Below are positions 36,428 through 48,364 of a stretch of DNA of 64,000 bases, one piece after another (position 1 is the stretch's first letter; each line of letters begins with the position of its first letter). Source of the DNA: Adineta vaga (lineage: Eukaryota > Animalia > Rotifera); NCBI GenBank assembly GCA_021613535.1, contig CP075492.1:1922001-1986000 (forward strand). Reading direction: 5' to 3'. A program made the translations under genes and the position numbers. The notes beneath the pieces are model-generated. The model did no database searches. It was not told the origin of the DNA and saw nothing but the letters and a program-made list of their open reading frames with translations.

Positions 36428-36862
36428 AGTACATGCAAACAGATCGATGTTTAAAAAAGCCCCACATGTAATAAAAGAGACATCCAAAGAAAAAAGAACT
36501 CTCATACATAATTTCTTGTGAGACATTCACGCGATACCTTACATAAACAATACTCGTTCCTCCACTCGCTACGCCTCAAGCGAGAGTAACAGTGACCTAA
36601 ATCATAACTTATTTGAATATAACGTCATACGAGAAATCAACAGCAGAATCAGCATACGTCAACTAGACCGAATATCGGAAGATGTAGGTTCGAGTCCTGC
36701 TCTGTTTCTATGATCCTTTTTCAATAGGTTTCTCGTACTTATTGACGCCTATCTGTGGATACATTCTAATCAAACATTAAAAGAGTTTCGTCGTGGACAA
36801 GTCTTAAAGATCAATAATTAGAAGTCTTTCTACTTTTATTTCAAACACACCCACACCCTCAA

Positions 36863-37123
36863 TGACGATGATTGTTCATTCTCGTTCAATGTAGAATCCA
36901 TTGGTACATCACAACTATTCAACAAATCATGATGATATCGATTCAGGTGACTACGATAACTCTCAAAACTGGTGTAGGCTGAATCACAACCAGGATTTAA
37001 TCGACAACGAATATTAAAAAGTACATCATTTCGATGATTTGAACGAATATGCTTATATAGATTTACAAATGCAATAAAAGGTTGATTATTTGGACAAAGG
37101 GGACAAAAATAAGAACCAGACAT
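36863..37123 (-). pseudogene. Double C2H2 zinc-finger N-terminus, 3'-truncated
   Basis: CPLC..LYKHIRSNH and CRLNPGC..YRSHLNRYH, then the frame runs into TTGAGGGTGTGGGTGTG. Confidence 0.75.
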
Positions 37124-37931
37124 TTTTAGTTACCTTTAAATTGTTTGATTATATCCGAGCTTGACATAAATGATGATAACCATTTTAATACATCTTCACA
37201 TTTTATATCACATAGATTCATAGTTTTTTTGTAATTATTTAACAATCAATGGATGAATTAGAAGTAAATTTTTGTTTATCTGAAAAAAATAAAATAAAAT
37301 GAGAATAGATGAAGACATTATAAACGAAAGTCTTGTAATTTACAGTAAGACAAAGAACAAATGTAAAATCGGTCATTTAAAACTTTGATCACTGTCATAG
37401 GTATCAGCATCAAAAGGCGACATCATATTTGATCTTGAATACAACATAAAGAAAAAAAACAAAAAAAAACAGCGGTGGACAAGCACACGAACATTGGATA
37501 AATGAATAACCCAATAAGAGAATGCTTTAGATATCACTGATAGTGAACAACATAAACGAGTTTGAATAATCTACCCGTGAGTCATCCTTATAGAACATTC
37601 TATTCGACAAACCATATTATGTTAGATTATACTCTGTTTTATCTGCAAAATTATATTTTATCAGTCATAATTTAGTATATAAAGAAACGGTATGATACAG
37701 AACCTTTTTTCAACATCCTGAACCATGTGTTATACATAAAGGTTCCTTAGAAAAATCGTTGGTGTGGCATAGAACCTCTTTCAACATCCCGAACCATTTT
37801 GAAATCCATCACAGTTCTTTAAATCATGCAGAACCTTTTTATAGTTTTTTGATAACAGAGTAAAACCTTAAAAGGTTTTCGACGTTCGCTAAAACTATTA
37901 ATAGTTTACTATGACCCGTTTTTTTACAGAG
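36863..37931 (-). mobile_element. One end of a CMC/EnSpm-like DNA transposon, cut off inside its first ORF
   Basis: Terminus CTCTGTAAAAAAACGGG on the minus strand with GAACC subterminal repeats at 37690-37900. The C2H2 ORF behind it breaks at a telomeric patch. Confidence 0.55.
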
Positions 37932-38181
37932 AACAGAACGCTAGGGGGGGGGGGGGGAAGCGCTACTTGAATGCTCCAATACTTCGCTCATACTCCATTG
38001 TACTCCATCTCTACTATAGAAAGAGAAAACAGTCGATATTGCAGTTTTACAAAATATGTTGGAGTACGAGTGGAGTAGGATGGAGTAAAGCTGGAGTATT
38101 AGTGGAGTATTGGAGTATTGCTTTTTTCCCCATTGACAGAACGTCAATATAGTTGAGTAACTTGATTGACAGGTATATCTA

Positions 38182-39724
38182 TATGAAAAACTTCACAAGT
38201 CATGCTCATGAAGCTCACTCATTGACAGTTGCCATGTCTTTATCTTCATCTTGCACGGGAATCGACGACAAACTCCATCGAAGTTGTTCATATGCCGAGC
38301 AAGTTCCTCAACGATCCCGCCGTAAGCTCTATTTTTGCTGTAAATTAATCTCTTCCATCTTAATCCCATTAATGATTGGTGTCTTTACCCTCATCACAAC
38401 CATGCGAGAACTCGACTCCAGTCGACAAGCACGTGAAAATGATCTGACCATTGCTGTCTACCACAATGAACAGGACAAATCTCTCGCTGAAGAATTACGA
38501 CAAGAAAATGTCTTCGATCAATATCTTCGTGACATCGCCGAACTTGTCCAAACCAAAGCCATTCGAAATCTCACCGAAAATGATTTCATCTTAGCTCGTG
38601 CAAAAACTCTAACCACATTTCGACAAATCAATATCCGTCGCAAAGAATATCTCATCGAATTTCTCTATGAGAATCAGTTAATCAAAACGAATTCTTTACG
38701 TGAAGGATTGATGTTAGATTTAAATGGTCTTAACTTGAACAATTTGACCTTTCATTCATCAGCAAGTCATTCAAAATTCAAGAAATCGTTGAATTTCCGT
38801 TTTCTTTGTTTGAAAAATGTCTTATTAATCAATGCCTCTTTTACAAATATCGATTTGTCGGATGCACGTTTCGAAAGCTCCATCTTGTCTCACAGTAACT
38901 TCAGTCATACTAAACTCAAACGTGCCAATTTTGCCAACTGTGTCTTGGATCATGCTGATTTTACGGATACATTGCTTGTTTCGGTGAATTTTACGGGTGC
39001 AAATGTAAATCAGTCCAATATCTCTCTGTCAGGTTCAGGAAACATTCTGACCAATATGATTTTTCCCAATGGGACACATCAGGCAACATTAATCAGACAA
39101 AATTTACTTCGAAATGGAAACAAAGAAACTTGTTCGGCGACAAATTCATCATCGACAACCACCCGACGACCTGTACCGAATCCGGCGTTTCCACCATTGG
39201 CACGTCCTCAGACAGGATCTGGCTTGAATCACTGGTATGAATATTTGCCGAAAAAGACTTATCTCACGATGATCAATGGTCGATGTATGTTTGCGAGTCA
39301 AGCACAACTAGCTAAACTGAAAAGAGAACTTGACGTGACTCATTATGCATTTTTAATTGATGCTCATCGAGCTCAGTACGATGTATCGGCATTTCTTGGG
39401 AGTACAAATGGAAATCAATCAAATGCTTACAGCAATTTGAAAATATACTTTTACAAATCGAACGATATTTTATCGCAAGTCAGTCTAGGTAAAGAATGTT
39501 CTCTCCAAGGGAAAAGTTTTGCTCATTCGATTTTCATAGGTTTTTCTAAAGATGGGCATCATCCAAATTCAACTGCTTATCAACAGTGGTCGTCGACTGG
39601 TCTTATTCCAAGAGAAACACGTTTGATCCAATTTGTTCTTACGTTCCATCAATCAAGTATCGAACAGACAAATCTACCTATTGCAAATGATATACAGTTT
39701 GATATCGAAACCAAAATAGATTAA
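38182..39724 (+). CDS. Membrane-anchored pentapeptide-repeat protein
   Basis: TM (ILIPLMIGVFT), helical region and A(D/N)(F/L)xx repeats (ASFTN IDLSD ARFES..ANFAN..ADFTD). Probable in-frame intron near 39489-39539; start could also be 38234. Confidence 0.85.
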
Positions 39725-40312
39725 AACACTTGTTCGTTTCGAATAAATACGATTGGTATGAACAGATTCATTATCGTGAATGACAATGAAACTGTTATCA
39801 ATCTCTATATGCAACAGACAAACGAGATTAACACTTTCATAAGTTTACATTGCTATTATTATTACTATAAACAGTTGATCTTCTCATTGAACCAATAATT
39901 CATTCATGTTCGTGAAGAAATGTGTGGGTGAGGGTAGTAATCTCTTTTCTATGCACACCCACACCCACACCCACCCCACCGTTTCTTCGTTACACGAGGA
40001 AACAAAACCTTAGAACTTAGAAACGCAGATTCAAAATTGTCATAGGATTTTTAAAGTTCTTTCATAGTTAGTGTCATAATAGAAGCAGAGATAAGAACTC
40101 GCAAAGAAAAGCACCGACGTAATATCGTTTACCTGTGTATGCTGTGGCATACAATTCTCAAGAAGAGAGAGTGCTCGCGAGAAATAAGTTAACGTTATCT
40201 ACCTATGACATCTAAGAACTGCTTATCACAACTCGAAGAGGAAAATAGTTTCGTCATTCATTCCTCTAACAACTGACTTATAGGTACCATCCGTTGCGGC
40301 GCATTTTCATTG

Positions 40313-41230
40313 ATGTATTCTCTGATCCTTACTCTCCTAATCTTCACACTTCTACCGCTTCTAACTCACTCTATCCAATGTTATTCATGCCACGACGTAC
40401 TGTACGTCACAGGGACAATTTCAACATTCACTGCCGAGAAATTGGAATCCTTATTAACAGCAAGCAACTGTAAAACAACATTGACTTCAAATGTTTCTCG
40501 TCATTTTTGTGCTACCTACTTAACCATTTCGAATACCTCCTCCGTGCCGATATCTACTACTGGCTTATTCTATAGCGCAGACTCCATTGAAACGACGTCT
40601 ACAGATCGAACTGATACAGAGATACGTTTGAAATTTGAAGCAAATTACACAAGCACCGATGCAATGAGCTTTTATCGAATGGATTATGAATACTATTGTT
40701 ACACTGACAAATGTAACAGTGTAGAAAATATGAAACGAGTTCTGCTAGGCGCACCATTTAGCTTCCATTTCGAACAATTTATGCAAGAGTTGCACAATCC
40801 AGCAGCTGGTCCCTTGCGACAGGTTTCAAGCTATGTCACTGGACCACCGACATATTGCGGCACTTCGACTTCGTGTACATTTCCGCCGCCCTCAAATGAA
40901 TCGAATTGTATTCAAGCTAGAGCAATAACCTGTCAACACCAAATGTGTGGCGGATGTAGCAGCCTAGTGAATCAGACAAGTAATACTTTAGGTTATTTTC
41001 ATCACGTTGAATTCCTTACAGTGGAAAATAGAAGTTTGACATCTTTATTTTATACTTATCTGTGCGATATAGACAACTGTAATAGTGAAGAGAAACAGAA
41101 GCTGATTCGATCGATGTCATTTAGTTTTGATTTTAACAAATTTGAAGATAATGGGAATGGCAGTGCTGGCCTAGTTCGTGCAAGTTATGTTGGATTGGTT
41201 AGTCTCCTATTGTGTTTGATCTTTCATTAG
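40313..41230 (+). CDS. Ly6/uPAR-like Cys-rich, probably GPI-anchored protein
   Basis: Signal peptide, IQCYSC, two domains ending CYTDKCN and CDIDNCN, and a small-residue site before a hydrophobic C-terminus. Confidence 0.8.
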   Translation: MYSLILTLLIFTLLPLLTHSIQCYSCHDVLYVTGTISTFTAEKLESLLTASNCKTTLTSNVSRHFCATYLTISNTSSVPISTTGLFYSADSIETTSTDRTDTEIRLKFEANYTSTDAMSFYRMDYEYYCYTDKCNSVENMKRVLLGAPFSFHFEQFMQELHNPAAGPLRQVSSYVTGPPTYCGTSTSCTFPPPSNESNCIQARAITCQHQMCGGCSSLVNQTSNTLGYFHHVEFLTVENRSLTSLFYTYLCDIDNCNSEEKQKLIRSMSFSFDFNKFEDNGNGSAGLVRASYVGLVSLLLCLIFH

Positions 41231-42553
41231 TATACGTGAACACGAATTCATTTCAGATGCTTTTCTCGTTGCAGTGAAATGCGTCTGACTTTATAATTCT
41301 AAAACAATAAATTCGAGTTTCTCTCACGACTCTTGGTCAATTAGATTCACTTTTTTCGCTGTGCCGGTGGATGTGGGTGACTGAAGAGAAAAAGGACACC
41401 CCCACACCCTTCGAATTATACGATAGGCTTGGTAGTGTGAACATAAAGCTAAAACCTGTTCGGGACTGTGTCGACGAGAAATACTGAAAAAAGCTTCGAA
41501 TCACGATGTATATCTAGAACAATCATTTAAACGATTTGCTTGTACGTTAATCTTCGATATTAATACGAGCATCGCTGACACCTCAATCCCAATAAAAAAA
41601 TATCAGTACAAAATGTTTCAGACGAAATTTCTCGCTTCCTTTCTGTACTGTATTATTGACCTACTGCGAATCGACATTTAGCATTCAGACTGGTTCAGTG
41701 ATAGTAGTAAGAATCGAGTCGTCAATCACAAGTGTTTGCATCGTGTTTCTCCTAATATTACCAGTACATATCATAAATTCGATTGTACAGCTTTGTTTCT
41801 TTGTCTAAATGAACTTTGAGACTGTATGTATCTCTCCTACACTGATTCGGCTTCCATTCGATTTATTTTAGACACTGATGAGCTCGACTTGTTTCGTTGA
41901 GTAAATTTCTTTTTCTTACCCTCATTAATAGACACAAATAAACTATGTTTCGTATTGTACTCTCGCAGAGACGATCCTGACAGACTCTTCTTGCTTAGTT
42001 TGAAGAAAGAATCGACGACGGCGTTTCTCTGGTAGTACGGATCATAGCGACGCAAAAACTCGAAGATTTTTTTTCTCAGGACCATCTGTTTTTATATCAA
42101 TATTCATTGAATTCCCTAAACAACGACAAAACAGGAATTCGGTTTTTCTTCTCCCGTTGAGATTTCTCTCCTCATCATGGCATGTTAATGTGAAATTAAA
42201 TATTGTTCTCCTTGTTTGAACAGCAGAATTTTTCTCAAAAAAACTCATTTATTAAGCAGATGTTTCTAAGGGTGAAATGCTTGTTGCCTGATCTCTTTTC
42301 TGATTTTGGTTGGATCTCAGATTGACAAAGTGTTCAATTTCAGATCAAAGTCTAATATGAAGCAGAACACAATAGAATTGTTTTAAGTAGTGTATCACAA
42401 AGAAGAAATTAAATCATCATCTGGCTTTTTTCCGAACTCTTTCAGACAAAAGTTACCCATTCGAACACAGTACAACGATCCAACACTCAATCAAGAACCT
42501 TGTACGGGTTTTGTGAATAGCAAATACATGAGAAAATACTTTCTTCGATTGTA

Positions 42554-42747
42554 GATGTGAACATTTTCGAAGCAAAAACATGTCAAAATGATCTGTTTGA
42601 CTATTGTTGCTTGTTTGCTTGTATTAGTAATAATTATTGCGACAACTATCATTGTCAAGCAAAAGACAACTTCAGAAGAAATTACGTCGAATATAACATC
42701 AATGGCGACGATACCACCAGTAACAACCACAATACCTGAAAGAACAA
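42554..42747 (+). pseudogene. TM plus Thr-rich exon interrupted by a transposon end
   Basis: KHVKMICLTIVACLLVLVIIIATTIIVKQKTTSEEITS..TTTIPERTT. Architecture resembles the 5157-5395 exon. Confidence 0.45.
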
Positions 42748-43098
42748 CACTGTAAAAAAAAAGAATTTCACAAAACCATAAATGAATCTTTCCACCGATA
42801 CAAGGGAAGATCCTTTTTTGGTTTAGTAGAGAAAAGGTTCCACATAGAATCTTACTGGAAAATTTCAGAACAGAGGTTCCATACCATAGGTATCGTACAA
42901 AACCTTCTGAATCTATCTTAAAAAAGGTTTCGTACTAACCCACAGCTACGAAAACTCCTCTCCATTGATATTCCTTTTGGTTCAGTAAAACACTCTCTTT
43001 TGATCATCATCTTACAGGCTCCATATTTAGTTATTTCAGAACATATCCTTCGAAGATTTGTTTCGAAGGTCCGCTCACACTCTCACAAATACCGTTAA

Positions 43099-45223
43099 CC
43101 CTTTTGGGACCGGTGACGTTTTAAAACGTCATTGAAGTTTCACGTGGTCTGACGTATGAAGCTTCGAATTTTTTTCGTGTTTCTTTGAAGTAAACGTTGC
43201 GGCTGCTTTGTTTACACTTTCGAGTTATGACCATCGTCTTCTATTCTCTTGTTATCATTCGTGCGTCAGGGATTTTTCCATTCTGTCATATACATATATG
43301 TGATGGAATTTTTCTTTCTTTCTTTCTCCTCTTTCTTCCAACTAGTTTTACGGATTTTTTTCTTTTTGTTACCGCCATACATATATACCCCTTATATTGT
43401 TACAAAGAAGCACATTGATACAAAAATAAACCCAGTTGATTAAAATCGCACAGTTCTTACTAAATCAGTTTCATTTTACATATGGCAACTTCAAGAAAAA
43501 AGATGGTCAATCAAATGGAAATCGATGAAACTTTTAACGACTCTGAATCCGGATTAGAAACGGATTTTGAAGATTTAAATCTGTCCTCAACTGATGAAGA
43601 CAATGAAGAAAACGATATTTCAGCTCCAAGTGCTCGGAAAAGACACGATCCTAGAAAATGGCGTCCATCCGGCTTCGACCCGAAAGACCTGGAATTTTTC
43701 GATGGAGCATCCGGAATTAGCGAAGAGTTTAAAGTCAAAGGACACAAGCCAGCTGACTATTTCAGAGCATTTTTCGACAACGAACTAATGCACAAAATTG
43801 TTGAAGAAACTAACAATTATCAACAACAAAATGCAGCTCCGAATGTCGAAAAAACTGCGGGTTGGTACGACACGAATGTGGAAGAAATCTATATTTTTTT
43901 CGCCACCACAATTCTGATGGGATTGAATCAAAAGAATCGCATCAAAGATTATTGGTCAATGGATAAGCTGGTGATAACACCAATTTTCGGAGAACTTTTC
44001 ACAAGGAACAGATATCTTTCTATTCTGCGATACCTTCATTTTGCTGACAATAACACCGAAAAAGAAGGCAGGCTACGAAAGATCCAGCCAATCATCGAAA
44101 ATTTGAGAAAGAAATTCGAAAAAGCAATAATTCCATGGGAAAATTGGTGCACTGACGAGAGCTTGATGCTATGGAAAGGCCGCCTTAGTTTCAAACAATA
44201 CATTCCGTCGAAAAGACACCGTTTTGGTGTGAAGCTCTTCCTACAATGCGGCTGTGAGACGAAATTCGTCCTGAACTTTATTGTTTACACCGGAGCAGAA
44301 ACAGAAATCGACAGTCATCCTGAGATTGGAATATCGGGTTCAGTAGTACTAACACTGATGAAAAATTATCTGAAAAACAACTATACTCTTTTTATTGATA
44401 ATTGGTATTCCAGTCCTACATTATTCGAAAGATTACTGGAAGAAAAAACAAAAGCGTGTGGGACTGTGAGAAAAAACAGAGTTGGAATGCCACCATTTGA
44501 GAAACTTGCAAAGGGTCACCAAGGTCATCAAACTACTGATGAACTTTTAGCCCTCAAATGGATGGACAGAAGAGAGGTGCACATGCTTACCACATTGCAT
44601 GAACCTGTCATGGTAGAAACTGGGAAGAATGACAGAGAAACCGGCCTAAAAATCATGAAACCAATCTGCATTGCACAATATAACAAAAATATGGGAGCAG
44701 TGGATCAAGTAGATATACAAAGCAGTTTCTCGGTGTGTCTACGGAAAACAATAAAATGGTACAAGAAGTTATTTTTCCACTTATTTGATATCACTGTGCA
44801 GAACTCTTTTGCCATGTACAAGATGAAAAACGAGAAAAATACCGAACTTTCAGAATTTCGTTTGCAACTTGCTCGAGAGCTCATTGAAGAATACGGATCA
44901 AAGCGGCCGCAGATGAAAGGAAGACCATCAATAGATTGTCCACTACGCCTCACTGCTCGTCATTTCTTCGCTTTTATTCCTGGGGATAATGTCCAAAGAG
45001 GCTGTTTCGTCTGCAGTCATACAGTCAAGCGAGAAAAAAACGGCGTGATACAAGGTTTCATTGCCCTGATTGTGATGTTTCACTGTGCAATCCCGATTGT
45101 TTCAAAGAATATAATACTTTGAAAGCTTTCTGACTTTCACATTTGATTAATCTGGAAAAATAAATCATTTTTGAAATTGAAAAACTTGTAATTTTTGCTC
45201 AAAATAAGCCGATCCTGAAAGGG
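43099..45223 (+). mobile_element. piggyBac DNA transposon, full length
   Basis: TTAA at 43095-43098 and 45224-45227. TIRs CCCTTTTGGGACCGG / CCGATCCTGAAAGGG. Internal transposase. Confidence 0.95.
43482..45133 (+). CDS. piggyBac (PGBD4-like) transposase; the end of the Cys-rich domain is in the -1 frame
   Basis: DESL, QYIPSKRHRFGVK, DNWYSS, GTVRKNR and YNKNMGAVD motifs. CFVC is in frame; CPDC..LC..CF lies in the -1 frame after the A7 run at 45034-45040. Confidence 0.92.
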
Positions 45224-46203
45224 TTAAAACGCAATGAAAGTGAAAGAAAATCATGAATGACAATAGTGAGTGTACTTGGATAATGAATCAGTCGCGTGTG
45301 ACTATTACACTTGTATTTTAATTTTAATTATTAAACAAACAATAAATAAAGCTGCTTGTTTGTGCGCTTGAAATGTACGATACTGATATGTTTTGCTAAA
45401 AATTTTTAATATGTGACGATGGGGATCAAGCAAGTGGAAAAAATCAAAGGAACTTCTAGAAAACTATTAGGAGACCACGCTGACATTCTGTATAGAAATA
45501 GAAAAACTCTAAAAGGCTCTCTTTCATAACGCCAAACCAGCAAAAGTGTTATATGATGGTGAGAAAACTCTGTGAAGTTGTTTCGAGTAATGTTGAAACA
45601 AAGGCTCCTTTCTGATGAAACTGAACCAGAAAAAGTTTGTAGTTTTGATTAGTGTTGTGCTATAGAAAGTTCTATTAAATAGTGATCAATTCGCAAAGAT
45701 TCTTTGTTCAATATTGCCAATGTAAATAAATTTCTTCCACTTTTACAACATTTCTCTCGAGTTTGTAGTGTGAATTCACTTGCATATCATAAGACATATA
45801 TCATATGAATTAGAAATCGAATGTGTTTCTTACATCATGAGCAAATCTAAAATATAATCTGTATAGCGCATTGTACCATGTGTGTGATTTCGTTTTACCA
45901 TTGCGTTATATACTAATTTGTAGAATTCCACAGGTTAGAATTATAGAAAACTTAATTACCAACTTTCAAGCATTAGCCTATCGATCACTTATTTATTATC
46001 AGTTAAAATATACTGTATACTAGCTAAATCTATTATGAGCATTTATCTACTTCCTACCAATACGATTTTTTTACACTATGGTTTTAATTCAATTGTAACG
46101 CTTCATACAAGAACTTAAACGTTGAGAAAAAAGCGTTTCATGATTCTGACAAAGAAAGTTAGTGTTTCTCACAAAGACATAGGTGAGCAACACCCTCAAG
46201 ATG

Positions 46204-46622
46204 ATCACGAAGATCAGCAAGATAATCATCATCATCACGACGATCACGAGCATCACTAAGATAAGCAAGATAAGCACGACGATCATCATCGTCATCATCA
46301 CGAGCATCCTCAGCAAGATAAACAGCACGAAGATCATCAAGATAAGCAAGATAACGATCATCAGGATCAGCAGCAGCAACAGCATCAGCAAGAGGATCAG
46401 CAGCAGTACAAGTTGCATCATCACGTTTCATCAAAAGCTTCCAGTCATCATCACACCAACGCTTCTTATCATCCCGGTTCCAATTTTTCCAATTGCAGAC
46501 CCAATTCCATTGATCTTGATTACCCACAAAGTGCCAATCACGGCACTTGTTGCACTTGGCACAAGGACTACCCTCACAATCAAGTTCCTTGCATGTACCA
46601 GATGCAGCAAATTCTTGAGATT
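46204..46622 (-). pseudogene. Exon with a Cys/Trp-rich module and Asp/Arg/Ala/Tyr-rich repeats, 3'-truncated
   Basis: SQEFAASGTCKELDCEGSPCAKCNKCRDWHF..WNWVCNWKNW..RYLAYLDD.. after an AG acceptor. Runs into CATCTTGAGGGTG. Confidence 0.65.
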
Positions 46623-48055
46623 CTAAATAAAAATGTTAGGTTGTCACAAAAACATGCAAGGCAAAGGTGATTATTTTATTAAAAGTCTATCTAGAGGATC
46701 GGGGTAAACTCGAAATTAGCTCAGTAGTAGACCACAGGGTCGGTTGATGGGAAAATTATTCTCGTTTACAGATTGCAAATAATTGAAGTCACTTAAAAGC
46801 CGATAATAAAGAAATTTTCTTATCGTCTTATAGAACACGTTATAGATTTGAAAACTTGTTGAATTTAGAATCTTCGAGATATCCAAACTTTCTAAAATTG
46901 AATATAGAGTTCTTACTGTGCAACAATACAAATTTCAGTTTAAATAGGCTCCGATATTTTTAGCATTAAGGAATTTTAAGTATCTAGAAATTTGAGAATC
47001 ATCGACATCTTCTAATTATGAGAATTTTAAAATGCTAGAGAATAGTGAAATAGTAGTCTTATTTTAGATATGGATGAAAGCACGACAATGACAATGTTTT
47101 GTTTTTATCTGAATGGTTTGTGGCAGTCTCAGCTACTCTACTTTCGTCTCTGGCATATTTGAAAGAAAGCAAACAATGTTAATGACATCTGAAAGAGTTC
47201 ATAATGACAATAAAAGGTAGTCTAAATGTCCAGTGTTGATCTGAATAGTGATCCATGTGGTCTGAACCGAATCGAAAACCGGCGACTTTCGATCCGGTTC
47301 GAATGACATGGAAAATTTTTCTATAGTCAAACACTTATATTTTAATTTGTCTTTTTGACAGACCGCACTAACTCATAGTAAGAAAGCTATAAGCTTAGAA
47401 CAGTTGATCAGAAAAAATGAAAAATTGACGGACGTGATAGAATAAATAAATTCTCAGTATTCTGTTGATATCTTGGGCAATTGTCATTGTTAAGACTTAA
47501 TCTTTTTCCCAGAAGATTCGCTATAAGATCCTGTATAAAATGATATAGTCTATTGAATCAATACGCTTTTGTTCGTTGCTGAAGCATAACTTCTCCGAAC
47601 AATGATATTATATAAAACTTAGTGATAGTGTAGGTTAATGTGTGGTTCTGGATGGTATGGTATGTCATTCCCTTTCTAACAACCATACCCATCTAAACTC
47701 AAACGAATGTTCCATTCACTCTCAAAGTTAAATTTGTTTTCTCGTTTCAAATATAGATCAATTTGCTAAATTCATCAAATACCCTACATTCACATCCTCA
47801 ATAAATCTAATTTGATCATGTAGTCATTTGTTCAGTAAGGATGTTGGCGTGAATGTGTATGTGTGACAGAAAAGCAACACTCAATCCCACACTCTCATGT
47901 TGACATCCTGTACTCCTGAGTTTTTACTCGTAGTTAATCATTAAAATAACTCTTTCGCTTCGTTAACCTTGATTTAGTCGTTTAATAGAAATCTAGTCAA
48001 TTTTCAATATTGACAAAGATGAATAAATAAACACTGGCGTATCCACAAAGTATCA

Positions 48056-48364
48056 TTATTCTTGAAGTCCTTTAGGTATGATAGTTTTTGATTTTAACCC
48101 TACAAAAGTACTACTGGCAAAATTTTTCGACCTACCTGGAGTTGGTCCATCAACAATTTTAGTAAATACAATTGGTGTCTCATCAGTTGTATCCTGTGGA
48201 ACTTTTGCTGATGGTCTCAATACTTGGCCTTTGTATGTTGCCTGGTATTTTCCTTCGTCAGCTTTATCAAAAATCTTTTGTTTTAAGTCATCAATATTTG
48301 AATAAGGACCTATTTTGATTTTTTCTGAAGTGTTTTTGTCGCATTGAATCCATACTTTAACCAT
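48056..48364 (-). CDS. Small protein or first exon with a ubiquitin-like N-terminal domain
   Basis: MVKVWIQ..KIKI...IDDLKQKIF..YKGQVLRP pattern, typical of beta-grasp domains. Confidence 0.5.
   Translation of the reverse strand: MVKVWIQCDKNTSEKIKIGPYSNIDDLKQKIFDKADEGKYQATYKGQVLRPSAKVPQDTTDETPIVFTKIVDGPTPGRSKNFASSTFVGLKSKTIIPKGLQE

Larger units (their letters stand above)
32204..36845 (+). mobile_element. Athena-like endonuclease-deficient Penelope retroelement, 5'-truncated and decayed
   Basis: Coiled-coil ORF, PLE RT without GIY-YIG, extra downstream ORFs (35270-35990), hammerhead-like motifs near 36300-36430 and telomeric sequence at both ends. The 3' extent is inferred. Confidence 0.8.
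42748..46077. mobile_element. CACTGT-ended (CMC/EnSpm-like) element hosting the piggyBac; right end uncertain
   Basis: CACTGTAAAAAAAAAG with GAACC/GGTTC subterminal motifs. Candidate degenerate end TTTTTTTACACT at ~46066-46077. Confidence 0.45.

Noticed and set aside
36642-36707. Functional tRNA gene
   Set aside because: The T arm is present but there is no canonical D arm or 7-nt anticodon loop.
41420-42248. Minus-strand gene ending at the 41366-41410 patch
   Set aside because: Only short discontinuous ORFs; I could not build a supported gene model.
46089-46670. Ile-rich, Leu-rich and His-rich ORFs
   Set aside because: Alternative frames of the minus-strand Asp-rich exon.
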